Source: the human T2T-CHM13v2.0 reference genome, Homo sapiens | Strand: one strand, 5' to 3' | DNA length: 64,000 bases | NCBI RefSeq assembly: GCF_009914755.1 | Contig: NC_060945.1 | In this document: piece after piece, positions 1-15,020 of the stretch | How positions within the stretch are numbered: position 1 is the first letter of the stretch | Layout: every line of letters begins with the position of its first letter | Notes under the pieces: model-generated | The model's database searches: none | Seen by the model: the letters and a program-made list of their open reading frames with translations, nothing else | Told to the model about the DNA's origin: nothing | Position numbers and translations under genes: made by a program

Positions 1-118
1 GTCTGATGTGGCCTGACTTACTGTTGAGACAGGTTTTTTTCCCAGGTGCCTTGCTTAGCAAAGATTTTGGTTGTGTGGATTTTGCTGTGTTTGGATTTTG
101 GCTATGCCCTAGTCCTAC

Positions 119-454
119 TGTTGTAGGATTTTCTCCTTAGTTCACCTAAAAGCCAGGTCCTTGTCACACAGCCATGAAATATTAGGCTCACAGACACTTT
201 AAAGGGTGAGAAAAATGGAATTTATGGGGCAAAAAGGAAAAAATGGGAAACGGACTCAGCAGAGAGAGAGTCCTGCTATACATGCTTCCCTCCTCACAGA
301 TTGAATCCCGGTTTCCACCCGGGAAGAGGAGGGGTCAGCCTCCTCCCCACTGCAAACGGTGCAAACTTCTGTGGCTCCACCCCAGTGCTCACTCTTCCCA
401 GTGTGCAGGCTGCCTGAAGCTTCTCTGTGGACCCCTTTCCACTTGGCTGTCTCA
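119..454 (-). mobile_element. ERV1 solo LTR, MER61-like
   Basis: TG...CA termini (tgttgtagg...ggctgtctca); 4-bp TSD CTAC at 115-118 and 455-458; resembles recalled MER61 consensus. Confidence 0.75.
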
Positions 455-814
455 CTACCCTTACTGATCACTATGAGAGGTAGCGCCCTCCCTTGCATTG
501 TCTCCCGTGTGCGTAACTCTCTGCCACCTGCCACTCCCAAACTGACAGTGTAGGGATTAACTTTTTGGGTCATACTATTAACTCCTCAGTGTGAAATGAA
601 GTCAGACCAACCATTCATTGATTCTCTTCCTTGTAAAGCTAAAGATTCACACGATAAAAACAAACAAAAACAAAAGACAAAGAACCTAAACTCTCTGTAT
701 GGGCCCTCTAAAGACCCTCCCTAGTGGGAACATTTCACTCCTCACCCCACTGTCAGGTTTGCCGCATGGCTTACTTTGGATTAAAAAAGGTGAGCAAACT
801 TTATATTCTACATC

Positions 815-1100
815 CAACAGAAGCTTTCGGAGCCATCACATCACCCTTCCATTGCTTTGTATTCCCTCTGCCAAAGACTAACAATATCCTAAATAAGGGC
901 TGCTTCTTCCACTGAAGTCCAGAAATGAATCAGAGCAACTGTCCTGCAATGAAATTTAAAAAGAAAACAAAAAACAAAAAAAAACAGAAAACCAAAACCA
1001 AAACCAAACCAAACAAACAAAAAAACTGTGTTATTATAGATTACTAAAATTTTTGGAGTCATATGTTACCACACATAACTCAGCCAACACTGCCTAATAA
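815..1100 (+). mobile_element. MaLR LTR 3' part, MLT1K/J-like, interrupted by an A-rich (CAAAA)n tract
   Basis: cagaagctttcggagcc...ccctctgcc...; ends gttaccacacataactcagcc...ctgcctaata, like MLT1 termini. Confidence 0.55.
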
Positions 1101-1129
1101 ATCATATTTCTCCCTAACAACACTTAAGG

Positions 1130-1292
1130 AGACAGCATGTTATAGTGGGCTCACTGGCTACCTGTGTAACCTTGGACAAGTTACCTAATCTCACTGCACC
1201 ATCTGTAGCATTGAGATAATACCTACTTCGTCAGGCTGTTGTAATACATAAATGAGTATATAATAAATGCTTAATAAATGTTAGCTGCTGCA
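1130..1292 (+). mobile_element. MIR SINE fragment
   Basis: MIR core ctgtgtaaccttggacaagttacctaatctc...aataaatgttagct. Confidence 0.7.
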
Positions 1293-1542
1293 TATTACAG
1301 TTATTCTTCAACAGCATTGATTTTATCCTAATCCTGTGTATTCAGTATCCAGCAGAGTGTCCAAATCCTATAGTACTCCATCTAGGTAAATTTTCCAAAT
1401 GTCTTTAATTGACTATTTCCTTTTGGTTAGTCTCCTCATATGGCCCCTTTCATCGGCTTCCTTTTGCCATCAGTTTTTTCTCTTTTCCCTTTAAACTAGC
1501 AAAGACTTTATAACATATATTTAAACAGGATCCAAATACCTT

Positions 1543-1913
1543 TGATATGGTTTGGCTGTGTCCCCATCCAAATCTTATCTTGAATTGTAACTTCCATAAT
1601 CCCCACATGCCAAGGGAGGGACCCAGTGGGAGGTAATTTAATCATGGTCGTGGATTTTTCCCGTGCTGTTCTCCTGATAGTGAATACATCTCACGAGATC
1701 CGATGGTTTTATAAAAGGCAGTTCCCCTGCACACGCTCTGTTGCCTGCCACCATGTAAGATGTGCCTTTGCTCCTCCTTCGCTTTCCGCCATGATCGTGA
1801 GGCATTACAGTTCCACAGCCATGTGGAATTGTGAGTCCATTAAACCTCTTTTTTTAAGAAAATTACCCAGTCTCAGGTATTTCTTCATAGCAGTATGAAA
1901 ATGGACTAACACA
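1543..1913 (+). mobile_element. THE1 (THE1C-like) solo LTR
   Basis: tgatatggtttggctgtgtcccc...ggactaacaca; 5-bp TSD ACCTT at 1538-1542 and 1914-1918. Confidence 0.9.
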
Positions 1914-2559
1914 ACCTTCAGAATATTCAGCTCATCTTCACTTAATTCTCTGAATTTTGTACTTTCATATATTTCAACCTGTTCTTTGCCTTAAACCAAA
2001 CTCCAAATAAATAATTTTATGTACCAAAATTTCTGCTCAAAGAACATTCTAGGACATAGTATGCTCAATTTGTAAATACTTAGAAATACCTTAAAAGGTC
2101 ACAAGTTATGGTGGCAGAGTCTCAAGGAAAACCCTTTTTAGAAACCATTCTTTTCTACTTTCATGTTCTTAAGGGTGGGGAATAATCTTCTTTTCTGTTT
2201 TCTCTACATGAGACAATTATACAAAAAGACAACCTTTGTTTCTTAGAAATCCTATAACTTTTGTGTCTTTAGTTTCTTTATAGCCTTCTATTTTTCCCAC
2301 ACAAAACAACTTTAATCATCTGTGACACTGATTTTTATGGCAACCCATTTTCCTGGATTCTATAAACAGAGACACAGGCTTTAAATTACCAAAATCACAC
2401 TGTTCAAAAACACCTCATTTTTCAAGGCAAGAAAATAAAATAAAAAGTTCTTTCTCAAAGTCAAAACAATTCTTTTCTGCTCAGCTTTCTAGATGCCTAA
2501 GGGCTTTTTGGTTGTTATTATTCCCTGACTTTCTAGCTATCCACCTGACCTTCAGCTTC

Positions 2560-2720
2560 TCTGTCAATCCAATTGGTTCATTATTTCCTTGCCAAAATCA
2601 TCTTCTTAAAATTTAAATTTGATCATTTTACTTTCTGGGAAAAAAACCTCCATATGCTCTCCAATAGCAATAGAACAAAGGCCAAATTACTTTGCATAAT
2701 CCTAATCACTATCCATTTCT
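2560..2720 (+). mobile_element. L2 3'-region fragment
   Basis: atcttcttaaaatttaaatttgatcat...aacctccatatgctctcc resembles the L2 3' consensus. Confidence 0.5.
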
Positions 2721-2951
2721 TTCCTAATGCCCCTTCTTCACCACATTCCTGTGATGTCATCTACTTCCCCTTCTCTGGCCTTATCCCACAGCTCCTTTCC
2801 AGTCTCCTCCTCTTCATTCTAGACCTATGAATGTAGACATGCTCCACAAGTACATTTTCAACCTTCTGCTTTTCTCTCTGGATATCCTCTTCCCAGAGAG
2901 CTCAAATGTTCCCAAGTTGTCCCTGATAATACCTCCAAACACCACCTTGAG

Positions 2952-3272
2952 CAGTGCTACCCAACAGAAATACGTCAGCTGCAAACAAAAACTACACATT
3001 TTTAAATTTTCCAGTAGCCACATTTAAAAAGTAAGGAGAAGCTGATGAACTTATTTTAATCATATATTTTATTTAACTGAATATATTCAAAATATTATGA
3101 TTTCAACATGTAGCTAATATTCTTAAATTGACATATTTTACATTTTTTAACTGTCTTGGAAATGGATGTACATTACACTTACAGTATATCCCAGTTAGGA
3201 TTAGCCACATTTTGTTAGCCACAGTCTTCAATGGCCACATGTGCCCAATGGCTACCATATTCAACAGTGCAG
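2952..3272 (+). mobile_element. MER33 (hAT-Charlie) DNA transposon
   Basis: cagtgctacccaacagaaat...tagccacatt...ggctaccatattcaacagtgcag; ~320 bp with degenerate TIRs. Confidence 0.85.
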
Positions 3273-4009
3273 ATCTAATGCTCTAAACACTTTCTCAAAG
3301 TATGCCTTTGGTAACCCACTCAACATCTACCCAAGAATGCCCTCCCAGCACTTCAACCTCCAGGTCTAAAACAAAATACATTTCCCTCCTACATTTCCTA
3401 GTGCCTCACAAAAGCACCAGCTCCCCTTCCTGACTTCCTTGTAGCTACCAGTAGGCCCAAAAATATACCGATATTTGGGTTCTATAACTATTGAAATATT
3501 GAGGAAGCAGAAGGAATCTTTCAGGTCATCCTATCCAACCTCTAGGATTTTCCTCTACAGAGTGGTTTCTAACATATGGCTAAAGCTTCTGTGAGCCTCC
3601 TGATATTGTAGGCAAAATGTCCATACCTGGATTTTTCTGGCAAAAATGTATCTTTAGCTTTAAACAAGAGTTTAAACACCATGACCCAGGCTCAGCTCTG
3701 CCTCTTCTCTCTTCTGTAACGGCCACACCCAATTTATTACCAAATCCTGATCACTCAACTTTCCTGATCTCTCTAATGCAAACCTACTTCTCCCTTCCCA
3801 CTGCCACTGACTTAGAATTATGTGCATATTTCTTGGAGTGCTTTAGCTACGAGAGCAAGAGACTCTGCCAGGGATCAACAGGGCCAGTCTGCTATTAGCA
3901 AAAGAGCAGCTATAGCATAATCACACATGAATACCCATAATAGATTCAGCTAGGCCGAAAAGATTAGAAAACAGAATCAAAACCAGGGCAGCAGGAAGAT
4001 GAACTCTGA

Positions 4010-4777
<768 letters not shown>

Positions 4778-4934
4778 TAAAACAAATTTATTCAAAAGAA
4801 ATACACTTATTTGAATCTGGGCTAAATATGATAGATGAAATGGTAATTTAGAATGTCCAAGCTCTTCTCAATAATGTAAGAAATCTCTCTTATAGCACAC
4901 ATTAATATTATGACTTAAAGGTCCTTTTCAAAAA

Positions 4935-5185
4935 ACTAAACAACAAAATAAAAAAGGAAGAAATTGAGGGGAAAAGGAAGGGAAGGAGAGGAAAAAGGCA
5001 GAAGAGAAGATGGGAGGGAGAGAAGGTAGGAGGACAGAAGGGAAATAAGAAGCAAGAAGAGAAAGGAAGGAGAGAGGGATAAAATGAGGTTAAAAAAAGG
5101 AGAGAAGAAAAGTAAGAAAGAAGAAAGGGAGGAAGGAGAGAAGGAAGGAAAGAAAGAGGTAGAGAGAAAAAGGAGGGAAAAACAC
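4935..5185. repeat. GA-rich low-complexity polypurine tract
   Basis: ~250 bp almost entirely A/G. Confidence 0.9.
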
Positions 5186-5912
5186 ATCTCAAATCACGTT
5201 AATATAGTAGATGCAATGCTTTATTAATCGTGTAGAAAATTAGATCAATTAATCATTACTTTTCCAAGTGTAATTAAAATATTAAATTATTTTGCTTGCA
5301 TTAATCATGGTTAGTGAAAAGCTACTAACACCACTTTTTCTGTAAATTTTTGTTAATAAATCTAGGGAAAATGCAGTTATTTGGAAAAATTAAACAAAAG
5401 CTTTTAAGCTGAAGGATTATAATTTGAAATTCTTTGCACCTGTGATTCTTCCAAAACAGCTGGAAGATGGGATCTTTGTTGCCCTCATCTTATTCTGTGT
5501 GTGCTGTATGATGCAATGATGAGGTTCTCTAGATTCTGAAGTCAAATCTGGACTCCAGAGGGGAATCTGGAATTTTCAACGTTTGCTAATAGATAACATA
5601 AATACAACTCACTCATTCAGTCTTATTGCTTAGCAACAGCAGAAAATGCATCTGGTATGTGCCTTGCCCTTAGTAGTTCAATACTCATATGTGAAAAATT
5701 ATTATTTTTTGTGTTTTGGAATATTGCTAATGAACTACAGATAAGGCAGAGAGTGTAATGAAAACAAAAATAAAATGGAAATATATAAATAAAAAAACAC
5801 AAATTACCATTTCTTTCTGTAAATCTTTGTACATTTGGGGGAAATCTATATTTGCAGGAATTTGGAGGAAAAATCAACATGAAACAAAGGTTTTTCAGGT
5901 GTTCATTAGAGT

Positions 5913-6030
5913 GTGACAGGTAGGGCTCTCTGGAAGAAACAGGGAGGTGGGGTTTGAGGTCACAGCCTATGAAGGGAAGGGAGGGGAAGCAGGATTATGC
6001 AGAAGCCACTCTGGGATGCAGGTTCCTCCA
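5913..6030 (-). mobile_element. ERVL LTR fragment (LTR16/LTR33-like)
   Basis: tgtgacaggtagggctctctggaag...gggaagcaggatt resembles old ERVL LTR ends. Confidence 0.4.
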
Positions 6031-6036
6031 AGATGA

Positions 6037-6336
<300 letters not shown>

Positions 6337-6357
6337 AGGGGACATTGTTTTTAAAAA

Positions 6358-6640
6358 GTTAAAGGATACAAAATTAAAAAGCTAGATAGGAGGAATAGGT
6401 TCTAGTGCTCTACACTACTGTAGGATGATTATATTGAATAATAATTAACAGTAGAGTTTCAAATAACTAAAAGAAGGATATTGAATGTTCCCAATATGAA
6501 GCAATGATAAATGCTTGATGACAGATATGCTAATTACCCTGATCTAAGCACCATATATTATATGTATCAAAATATCAATATGTACCCCACAAACATGTAC
6601 AGTTATTGTGTGTCGATGTTAAAAAGAAAAAAGAAAAATA
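6358..6640 (+). mobile_element. L1MA 3' UTR fragment
   Basis: aaggatacaaaatt...gataggaggaata...tatgctaattaccctgat...A-rich end. Confidence 0.85.
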
Positions 6641-6742
6641 GTTTGGATGGATCCTCAAAATGTTCTATCTCATTCAGCTTCCATAAGTGACATTTATTAA
6701 AAGTTTTTGATTAAAAAGGAAACTTTTTATGAATTATGATTG

Positions 6743-7208
6743 TGACAAAGATTCTGTGCTTGACCAAACTTTGGTCCAGCTTGTGAATGTTCTCCGAGGC
6801 CTATCTGTGCACTTTCTTATAAAACACGGTTTTAGAAGAACCCTGCTAACTTTAGCAAGAACCCTCCATCCTTGATATCTGATCAGGTTCCTAACCCTCC
6901 ACCATCCCCCAGATGATATCTGATCATCCTGGTCTATCCTCAGCAAGAATCTAATTAGTTCAGTTTGGCCAGAATCCTGCTTACTCCTGGTGTTATTTCT
7001 TAGCAATTTTTCATGCATGACTCCCGCCTTGCACCTTGGCTATAAATTCCCTCTTGCCAATACTGTATTTGGAATTAAGCCCAATCTTTCTCCCCACGGA
7101 AAAATCCCGCTGCAATGGTCCCCATATTATAATGGTCCTGGATAAACTGCCTGTTTATTTGAAGTATGGTAGTACTTTAAAGTGTCATTGAGTTTTTTTT
7201 CTTTAACC
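6743..7208 (+). mobile_element. MER31A-like ERV1 solo LTR
   Basis: tgacaaagattctgtgcttgaccaaacttt...gatatctgatc repeats...ttctttaac. Confidence 0.8.
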
Positions 7209-7460
7209 ATTATTAGGGAAATACACCAAAATGTTAACATTGGTTGTATTTTTTCTGCTTCTATGTACTTGTCTTCATTTACCTGTTATCAAGAGTAAGC
7301 ATGTATAACTCTTAAGGAAGTTATAATTATACAATAAAACCCAACACCAAAAGGGGTGAGACAAGTGTTTATGGGGCAAAGAGTGTGAAATGAGAAAGTT
7401 TGGATCTAAAAAATTAAAAATTAACAATGGTTTATTTTGATTGACTGGAATTATAAATAA

Positions 7461-7794
<334 letters not shown>

Positions 7795-9886
7795 TAGAGA
7801 GGAGTTATTACCTTTATCATGGGGAAAAAAGCAAGTCCTTCAAACACTTTTGATTTTAAAATATATTTAAAATATAAAATAATGAACCTGGTGGAGACGT
7901 TAACCTTGGGTAGCTGACACAGGTACTTCTCCAAGGAGAGAAATAAACAGTTGACATAGCTTTAAGTCTTCCTAAACTCAGGTTGCAATAGGAGCAGTAC
8001 AGTTTGCTGAGAGGGACAGTGAACAGCAGTATTCGGAATAGAGGAGCGGCCTCCAGTACAATGACTAGTTAGAGGTTCTTTCGGGGATTCTCAGGGTTTC
8101 TGAAAGTGGAAATGCCTCTTCATCTGGAGCACTTTTGAAAGGGACCTCGATCTATCTTTCCTCCATGCAGGGGGCTTTCCAAACACATCATATGAAAATT
8201 ACAGCAAGTGGCATCTGTCCTGTTAACATCCCTCTCCCCATGAGTCATTCAGGTGTTCATCACACCCACAGACCCTCCACTCACACCACCATCTCCCACC
8301 ATCAAAATTATTCGTACCAGTGTGACTAGAGGCCTGCTGGATTCTCCCCTCATCCACTCAGAGGATGTCTCTTAGAAACCATGCCAAGCAGGGTGCGAAC
8401 CATCCAACTCCAAGCAAAGCCTGTGCTGCCGCAACTCTGCCTCACGGACTCAAAGACTGTCACTGGTGGTCACAGAATTAGTCAACAGGAACTTGACTGT
8501 ACTGGGGGAAGTTTTCCAGGCCTCATCTCATCTCTCAGTTCCAAAGAGCTAATCTGAGAAATAAATTAAACCTTTTACAGTATTGCTGCTGTAAAATCAA
8601 AAGGAAAATCATAAATGTTGTAGAAATTGCAATCTTGATGCCATTTAAAATGCCATATCTTTTCAGTCAACGCAATGCCTAGGTTATATTTTTCTCCTTT
8701 AAATCAAGTAGGCCACTTAAAGAGATAATCTGAATATGAATACATTCTACATTATAACACAGAAGAGATAGAGATTAAATGGATTTTTAAAATTTTAGAA
8801 ACTTGGAATGAATTGATTCCATAATATATATATATCTCCTTCAGAGAATTATTTTACTTTAAAATCTCCAGTGAAAGATATTTGAAAGCCATCTTTGTTT
8901 TTATGTATATTTGAAATTTCTGATTGATTTTGCAATGTAATCTTTTAATAGTCTTAGAATATATTCCATTTTTTAAAAATCATTTCTTTTGTTTCTGAAT
9001 TTAAGATGTATAATCATCTTATAATTGTATAAAATATTCTAAAAAGCATTGCAATCTAATATCCGATTTTACGGAATTAATTTTTTATTCTATACAAACA
9101 GAGTCTTAACTAATTTCAGGGAGAATGATCTGTTTGTAATTTAACCTTCAAATTAAAATCCAACTAGCTATAAGCTTTTAGATGCCTGCCTCATAGGGAA
9201 TGAGATATTTATGAGGGAAGTCTAATGGTTAAGTCCTAAAGTCTTCCCTTGGAAGAAGGATAAAAGGTTTCTAATCATTGAATTTTTAAAAAATCATTAA
9301 TGAAGGTATTAACTGGACTAAGGCATAAGGGGTAAAGAGTGGCCTTTAATGAGATTTGAAGACTTGTTCTAGAATATATGTTTTGCCAGAATAAAACATG
9401 TATCTTCTGATGGGATTTGGAAAGGTAGCTACCAAACCAGGGAAAAGAGTCCATTGGAGAGGGGAGAATGGAAACACTTCTACCTGGCGCATGTAGGGTA
9501 CAGGTGGGTATGGAAGGCGCGATATGCGAATATAGGGTTTATCCCCAGGCGTCAAGGTACATGAGAGGTGGGAAACAGTGCTCAGCACAAGTGAGTGCCA
9601 TATACTGTTTATTCTTAACAGGTCAAAAGACAACAAGAATGTATTAGGCAGCAAAGGGGTATTACATCACTCTGAGTAACACCATGTGTGTTAGAGCTGA
9701 CTATTCTAGGTATATTTGTAGCCACCCTTGGTGTAAAAGATTTTTTTTAATTTATTTATTTAGGTATGGTTCATTGCCCATTTAAACTTAAAGCAAATGT
9801 AATTTTTGGCAATCTATTTCCCTAGTTTAAATTTGTCGCTGTTGATTTGGTGAGAGCCACTCACAACATAGATGAAAAGGCATATG

Positions 9887-10273
9887 GCCAGGCACAGAAA
9901 GACAGACACTGCATGATCTCACTGAAATGTAGAACTAAAAAAGTCGAACTTATGGAAGCAGAGATTAGAATGATGGTTACCCAGGGTTGAGGGCAGAGGG
10001 GAGAATCGGGCAAAGGATACAATATTTCAGTTACATAGAGGGAATACGTTCAAGAGATCTACTGTACAGCATGATGACTAGTTAAAAACAATGTACTGAA
10101 TACTTGAAAATAGCAAAGAGAGTGGATTTTAAATTTTCTTACCACAAAAAAAGTTTACTATCAGTATGCTAATTAGCTTGATTTAGCCATTCTACAATGC
10201 ATACATATTTCAAAACATCATATTTTATACCATAAATACATACAAATTTATTTTCAACTAAAAAAACTAAAAT
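9887..10273 (+). mobile_element. L1MA (L1MA9-like) 3' end
   Basis: gccaggcacagaaagac...ttcaagagatcta...gcttgatttagccattc...A-tail. Confidence 0.85.
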
Positions 10274-11440
10274 AGCATATGGGTTAACACAAATTATCAT
10301 TTAAGGCGCTATTTAATTGAAGCAGTTATTTCATCTAGGCTTGAGGCATCACTGTATTCTAAAAATGAATGGTTTCAAGTTCTAGATCCACACACTGCTG
10401 GCTTAAATAAAAGTCTACATGGGGACCTTGAGTGTAACAGAAGAGCAGCAGACACAGAGGGCCTGAGGGTAAGATACAGATAGTGGGAGAGAATAAGCAG
10501 GCTGGGCCAAGGATTAGCTTTTATCCGTGACCTCCAATTACAACTGATTATCTGCGTTGTGACCACAGAAGAATGAAAATTATTTGCAGTTAGAATCAGG
10601 ATCCATGAAGTTACACTTTATGTTCATATTTCTGAGTATAACATTAAATATATTTATTGCTCTTTTCTCCTACAAAAGGGGAAGTGACCCCCTTTTTAAG
10701 GACCTGCTTAAAAACATACAAAAATCCTGGGCAACTTTCTTGGTGTAGGAATTGCTTTATAGTAGTCGAACAGAAGCGATTATTCCATTGGTAATTCTGC
10801 ACCCAGACAAGCTTGATATATCTATTGAGGACATATGTAAAGTAAAAAAAAAAAAAAAGTTCTCATATAGTCCTCAAAAATGCTAATTGAAATAAATTTG
10901 TACTTTCCTTGGGCTGGATTTATATTAGAACATTTAATTTCAATTAAACAGACAACCTTTAAGTCATGAGATAGCTGAATAGAACCCTCCAGCAATTATT
11001 CCCAAACAGGAGCACCAAATTGAAAAACTACTCAAGCAAAAAAGCACCTTCATAAAAGCCAAAATCAGGTGAACGATCACAGTACCTGATTCTGACATCA
11101 TATCAAGGAAAGAGGCACCGATGGGGTTAGGAAAGGCAGGCCTGCCCTGTATACAGCACTTCTCCCTTACCCTCCAGCAGCAGCAAGTGGAGGGAGAATC
11201 TGTGTGCCTGGGGGAGGGAGAACAGAGTGACTGTGGAACTTTGCATTGGAACTCAGGGCTGCCTTGTCACAACGGAACACAACACAAGCCAGTGCTCACT
11301 TAGCTGAATTCTGAAGGAAACACCAACCCCAGCCAGAGAGGAACGCTGTGTCCCAGTGGTAGGAGTTTGAGACCCAGCTAGCTCTGCTACCAGCTGACTA
11401 CAGGGGCCTGGGGCCCAGGATAAATTTAAAAGGCAATCAG

Positions 11441-11738
11441 GGCCGGGCGCAGCGGCTCACGCCTGTAATCCCAGCACTTTGGGAGGCCGAGGCGGGCGGA
11501 TCACGAGGTCAGGAGATCAAGACCATCCTGGCTAACACGGTGAAACCCCGTCTCTACTAAAAATACAAAAAATTAGCCGGGCTTGGTGGCGGGCGCCTGT
11601 AGTCCCAGCTACTCAGGAGGCTGAGGCAGGAGAATGGTGTGAACCCGGGAGGCGGAGCTGGCAGTGAGCTGAGATCGCGCCCCTGCACTCAGGCCTGGGC
11701 AACAGAGAGAGGCTCCATCTCAAAAAAAAAAAAAAAAA
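11441..11738 (+). mobile_element. AluY
   Basis: Diagnostic ggctaacacggtg and agaatggtgtgaacccggg; TSD aaaaggcaatcag at 11428-11440 and 11739-11751. Confidence 0.95.
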
Positions 11739-13015
11739 AAAAGGCAATCAGGCCACAAGGGTTTCACAAGGACATTCCTGGTGCTGTGCTGAGCTTGAAG
11801 CCACTAGGCTTGATTTACCTACAACCCAGTGAAACACCAGCTGTGGTGGCTAAGGGATTGTTTGTGTCAACCTCTCCCCCAACTCCAGGCAGCGCAGCTT
11901 TCAGCTCCAGGAAAAACTTTTTCCACTTGCAGAAAGGAGAGGGAAGAATACAGAGGACTTTGTCTTGCAACTTGGGTGCCAGCTCAGTCACAGTAAAATA
12001 AACCACAAAGCAGATTCTTAAAGCCTCTGATTCTAGGGCCCGGCTCCTGGACAGCATTTCTAAACCTGCTTGGGCCAGAAGGGAACCTGCTACTCTCAAG
12101 GTAAGGACCCGGTACTGGCAGCATTCCCCACTTGCTGATCAATCGTCCCTTAAGCCTTAAATCAGCATCCGCTGTAGCTCGGCAGTAGTTGCCACAAGCT
12201 TTGGGTGAGACCCAGTGCTGTGCTGGCCTCAGGTGTGACCCAGCATAGTCCCCGCTATGATGTCCAAGGGACTGCTCACATCACCTCTCCCCCAGCTCCA
12301 GTCAGCCCAGCACAGAGGGAGAGACTCTTTCTGTTTGGGGAAAGTGAGGAAAGATAATGACAGACTTTGCCTGGTAATCCAGATAATTTTTCTAGATCTT
12401 ATTCAAGCCCACCAAGGCAGCACCTCTAGGAGTCTGTAAGAATTACTAAGGTACTGGGCTTGGAGCAACCCCTAGTGTGGATACGGATGTAGTGACCAAA
12501 GACTTAGATCACAACACTCAATTCTCTTTGAATACATGAAAAGCCTTCTCAACAAGGACAAGTCCAAACAAGCCCAGAATGTGATGATTAGAATAAATCT
12601 TCAGTTCCCAAATATCAATGAACATGCACAAGTATTTCCATAAAACACATGGAAATTAAATAATATGGTCCTGAATGACCAGTGAGTTAATGAAAAAATT
12701 AACAAGATAATTCTTAAAAATCTCTTAAAACAAATGAAAGTATCACATACACCTATGGAATACAGCAAAAGCAGTCCTAAGAAGAAAGTTTATAGCAAGA
12801 AGCACCTACATCAAGAAAGCAGAAAAACTTAATGTGCACCTAATGATGAATCTTAAAGAACTGGAAAAACGAGCAAACTGAACTCAATATTAGTAGAAGA
12901 AAAGAAATAAGAAAGATCAGGGCAAATACAACTGAGATTGAAATTTTTAAAAACACAAGAGATTAATAAAACAAAAAATTGGTTTTTTGAAAAGATAAAC
13001 AAAATCAACAAACCT

Positions 13016-13456
13016 TGTGATGTTTAATACTGAATGTCAACTTGATTGGATTGAAGGATGCAAAGTATTGATCCTGGGTGTGTCTGTGAGGGTGTTTCTA
13101 AAGGAGATTAACATTTGAGTCAGTGGACTGGGTAAGGCAGACCCCCCCCCTTAATCTGGGTGGGCACTATCTAATCAGCTACCAGCATGGCCAGAAAAAA
13201 AAGCAGGCAGAAGAACATGAAAACACTAAACTGGCTTAGCCTCCCAGCCTACATCTTTCTCCTGTGCTGGATGCTTCTTACCCTCAAACATCAGACTCCA
13301 AGTTCTTCAGATTTGGGACTCAGACTGGCTTCCTTGCTCCTCAGCTTGCAGATGGTCCATTGTGGGACCTTGTGATTGTGTGAGTTTCTTAATAAACTCC
13401 ATAGATATATATATATCCTGTTAGTTCTGTTCCTCTAGAGAACCCTGACTAATACA
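13016..13456 (+). mobile_element. MLT2A1 (HERV-L) LTR acting as 5' LTR of a chimeric provirus
   Basis: tgtgatgtttaatactgaatgtcaacttgattggattgaaggatgc...ctagagaaccctgactaataca. Confidence 0.9.
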
Positions 13457-15020
13457 GATATTGGTACCAGTAGAGTGGGGCACTGCTGAAAAGATACCCA
13501 AAATTGTGGCAGTAAGTTTGGGGTTGGGAAATAGGCAAGGGTTGGAACAGTTTGGAGGACTCAGAAGAAGACAGGAAAATGTGGGAATGTTTGGAACTTT
13601 CTAGAGACTTGCTGAATGTCTTTGCCCAAAATGCTGATAGCAATATGGATGGTAGGGTCTGGGTTGAGGTGGTCTCAGATGGAGATGAGAAACTTTTGGG
13701 GAACTTGAGCAAAGGTAACTCTTGTTATGTTTTAGCAAAGAGACTAACAGCATTTCGCCACTGCCCTAGAGATTTGTGGAACTTTGAACTTGAGAGAAAT
13801 GAGTTAGGGTATCTGGCAGAAGAAATTCCTAAGTAGCAAAGCATTCAAAAGGTGACTTGGGTGCTGTTAAAGGTATTCAGTTTTATAAGGGAAGCAGAGC
13901 ATAGAAGCTGAGAAAATTTGCAGCTTGACAATGCAATAGAAAAGAAAATACCATTTTCTGAGGAGAAATACAAGCCACCTGCAGAAATTTGCATAAGTAA
14001 CAAGAAGCTGAATGTTAGTCCCCAAGATAATGTGGAAAATGTCTCCAGGGCATGTCAGAGGTCTTCACAGCAGCCCCTCCCATCACAGACCGGAGGCCTA
14101 GGAAGAAAAAGTGGTTATGTGGACCGAGCCCAGGGTCCCCCTGCTGTGTGTAGCCTAGGGACTTGCTGCCCTGGTTCCCAGCTGCTCCACCTGTGGCTTA
14201 ACGGGGACAATGTAGAGCTCAGGCTGTGGCTTCAGAGGGTGCAAGCTGCAAGACTTGGCAGCTTCCACATGGTGTCGAGCCTGCCAGTGCACAGAAGTCA
14301 AGAATTGGGGTTTGGGAACCTCTGCCCAGATTTCAGACAATATATGGAAATGCCTGGATGTCAGGCAGAAGTTTTCTGAAGAAGCAGGACTCTCATGAAG
14401 AACCTCTGCTAAGGCAGTGCAGAAGGAAAATGTGGGGTTGGAGTTCCCACACAGTATCCCTACTGGGGCACTGCCTAGCAGAGTTGTGAGACGAGTTGTC
14501 CTCCAGACCCCAGAATGGGAGATCCATTGATAGTTTGCACTGTGTGCCTGGAAAAGCCATAGACACTCAACACCAGCCCATGAAAGCAGCCAGGAGCGAG
14601 ACTGTACCCACAAAGCCACAGGAGCAGAGCTGCCCAAGACCACAGTAACCCACCTCTTGCATCAGCGTGATGCAGATGTGAGACATGGAGTTAAAGGAGA
14701 TCATTTTGCAGTTTTTAGATTTGACTGTCCTGCTAGATTTCAGACTTGCATGAGGCCTGTAGCCCCTTTGTTTGGCCAACTTCCCCCAATTTGGGACAGG
14801 TATATTTACCCATTGCCTGTACCCCATTGTATCTAGGAAGTAACTAACTTATTTTTACAGGCTCATAGGCAGAAGGGACTTGCCTTGTCTCAGATGAGAC
14901 TTTGGACTGTGGACTTTTGAGTTAATGATGAAATGAGTCAAGACTTTGGGGGACTGTTGGGAAGGCATGATTGATTTTGAAATGTGAGGACATGAGATTT
15001 GGCAGGGGGCAAGGGTGGAA
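13457..15020 (+). mobile_element. THE1 internal region (THE1A-int-like)
   Basis: ttggtaccagtagagtggggcactgctgaaaagataccc...; MaLR ORF remnant EDSEEDRKMWE; purine tract 15001-15020. Confidence 0.9.

Noticed and set aside
4908-5192. Hydrophobic F/S/L-rich ORFs
   Set aside because: Artefact of the GA-rich low-complexity tract.
7989-8004. taggagcagtacagtt, also present in the KRAS retrocopy (~22580)
   Set aside because: Isolated 16-mer with no flanking similarity; treated as coincidence.
9474-9490. U1 snRNA-like start (cacttctacctggc)
   Set aside because: Similarity does not extend beyond ~13 nt.
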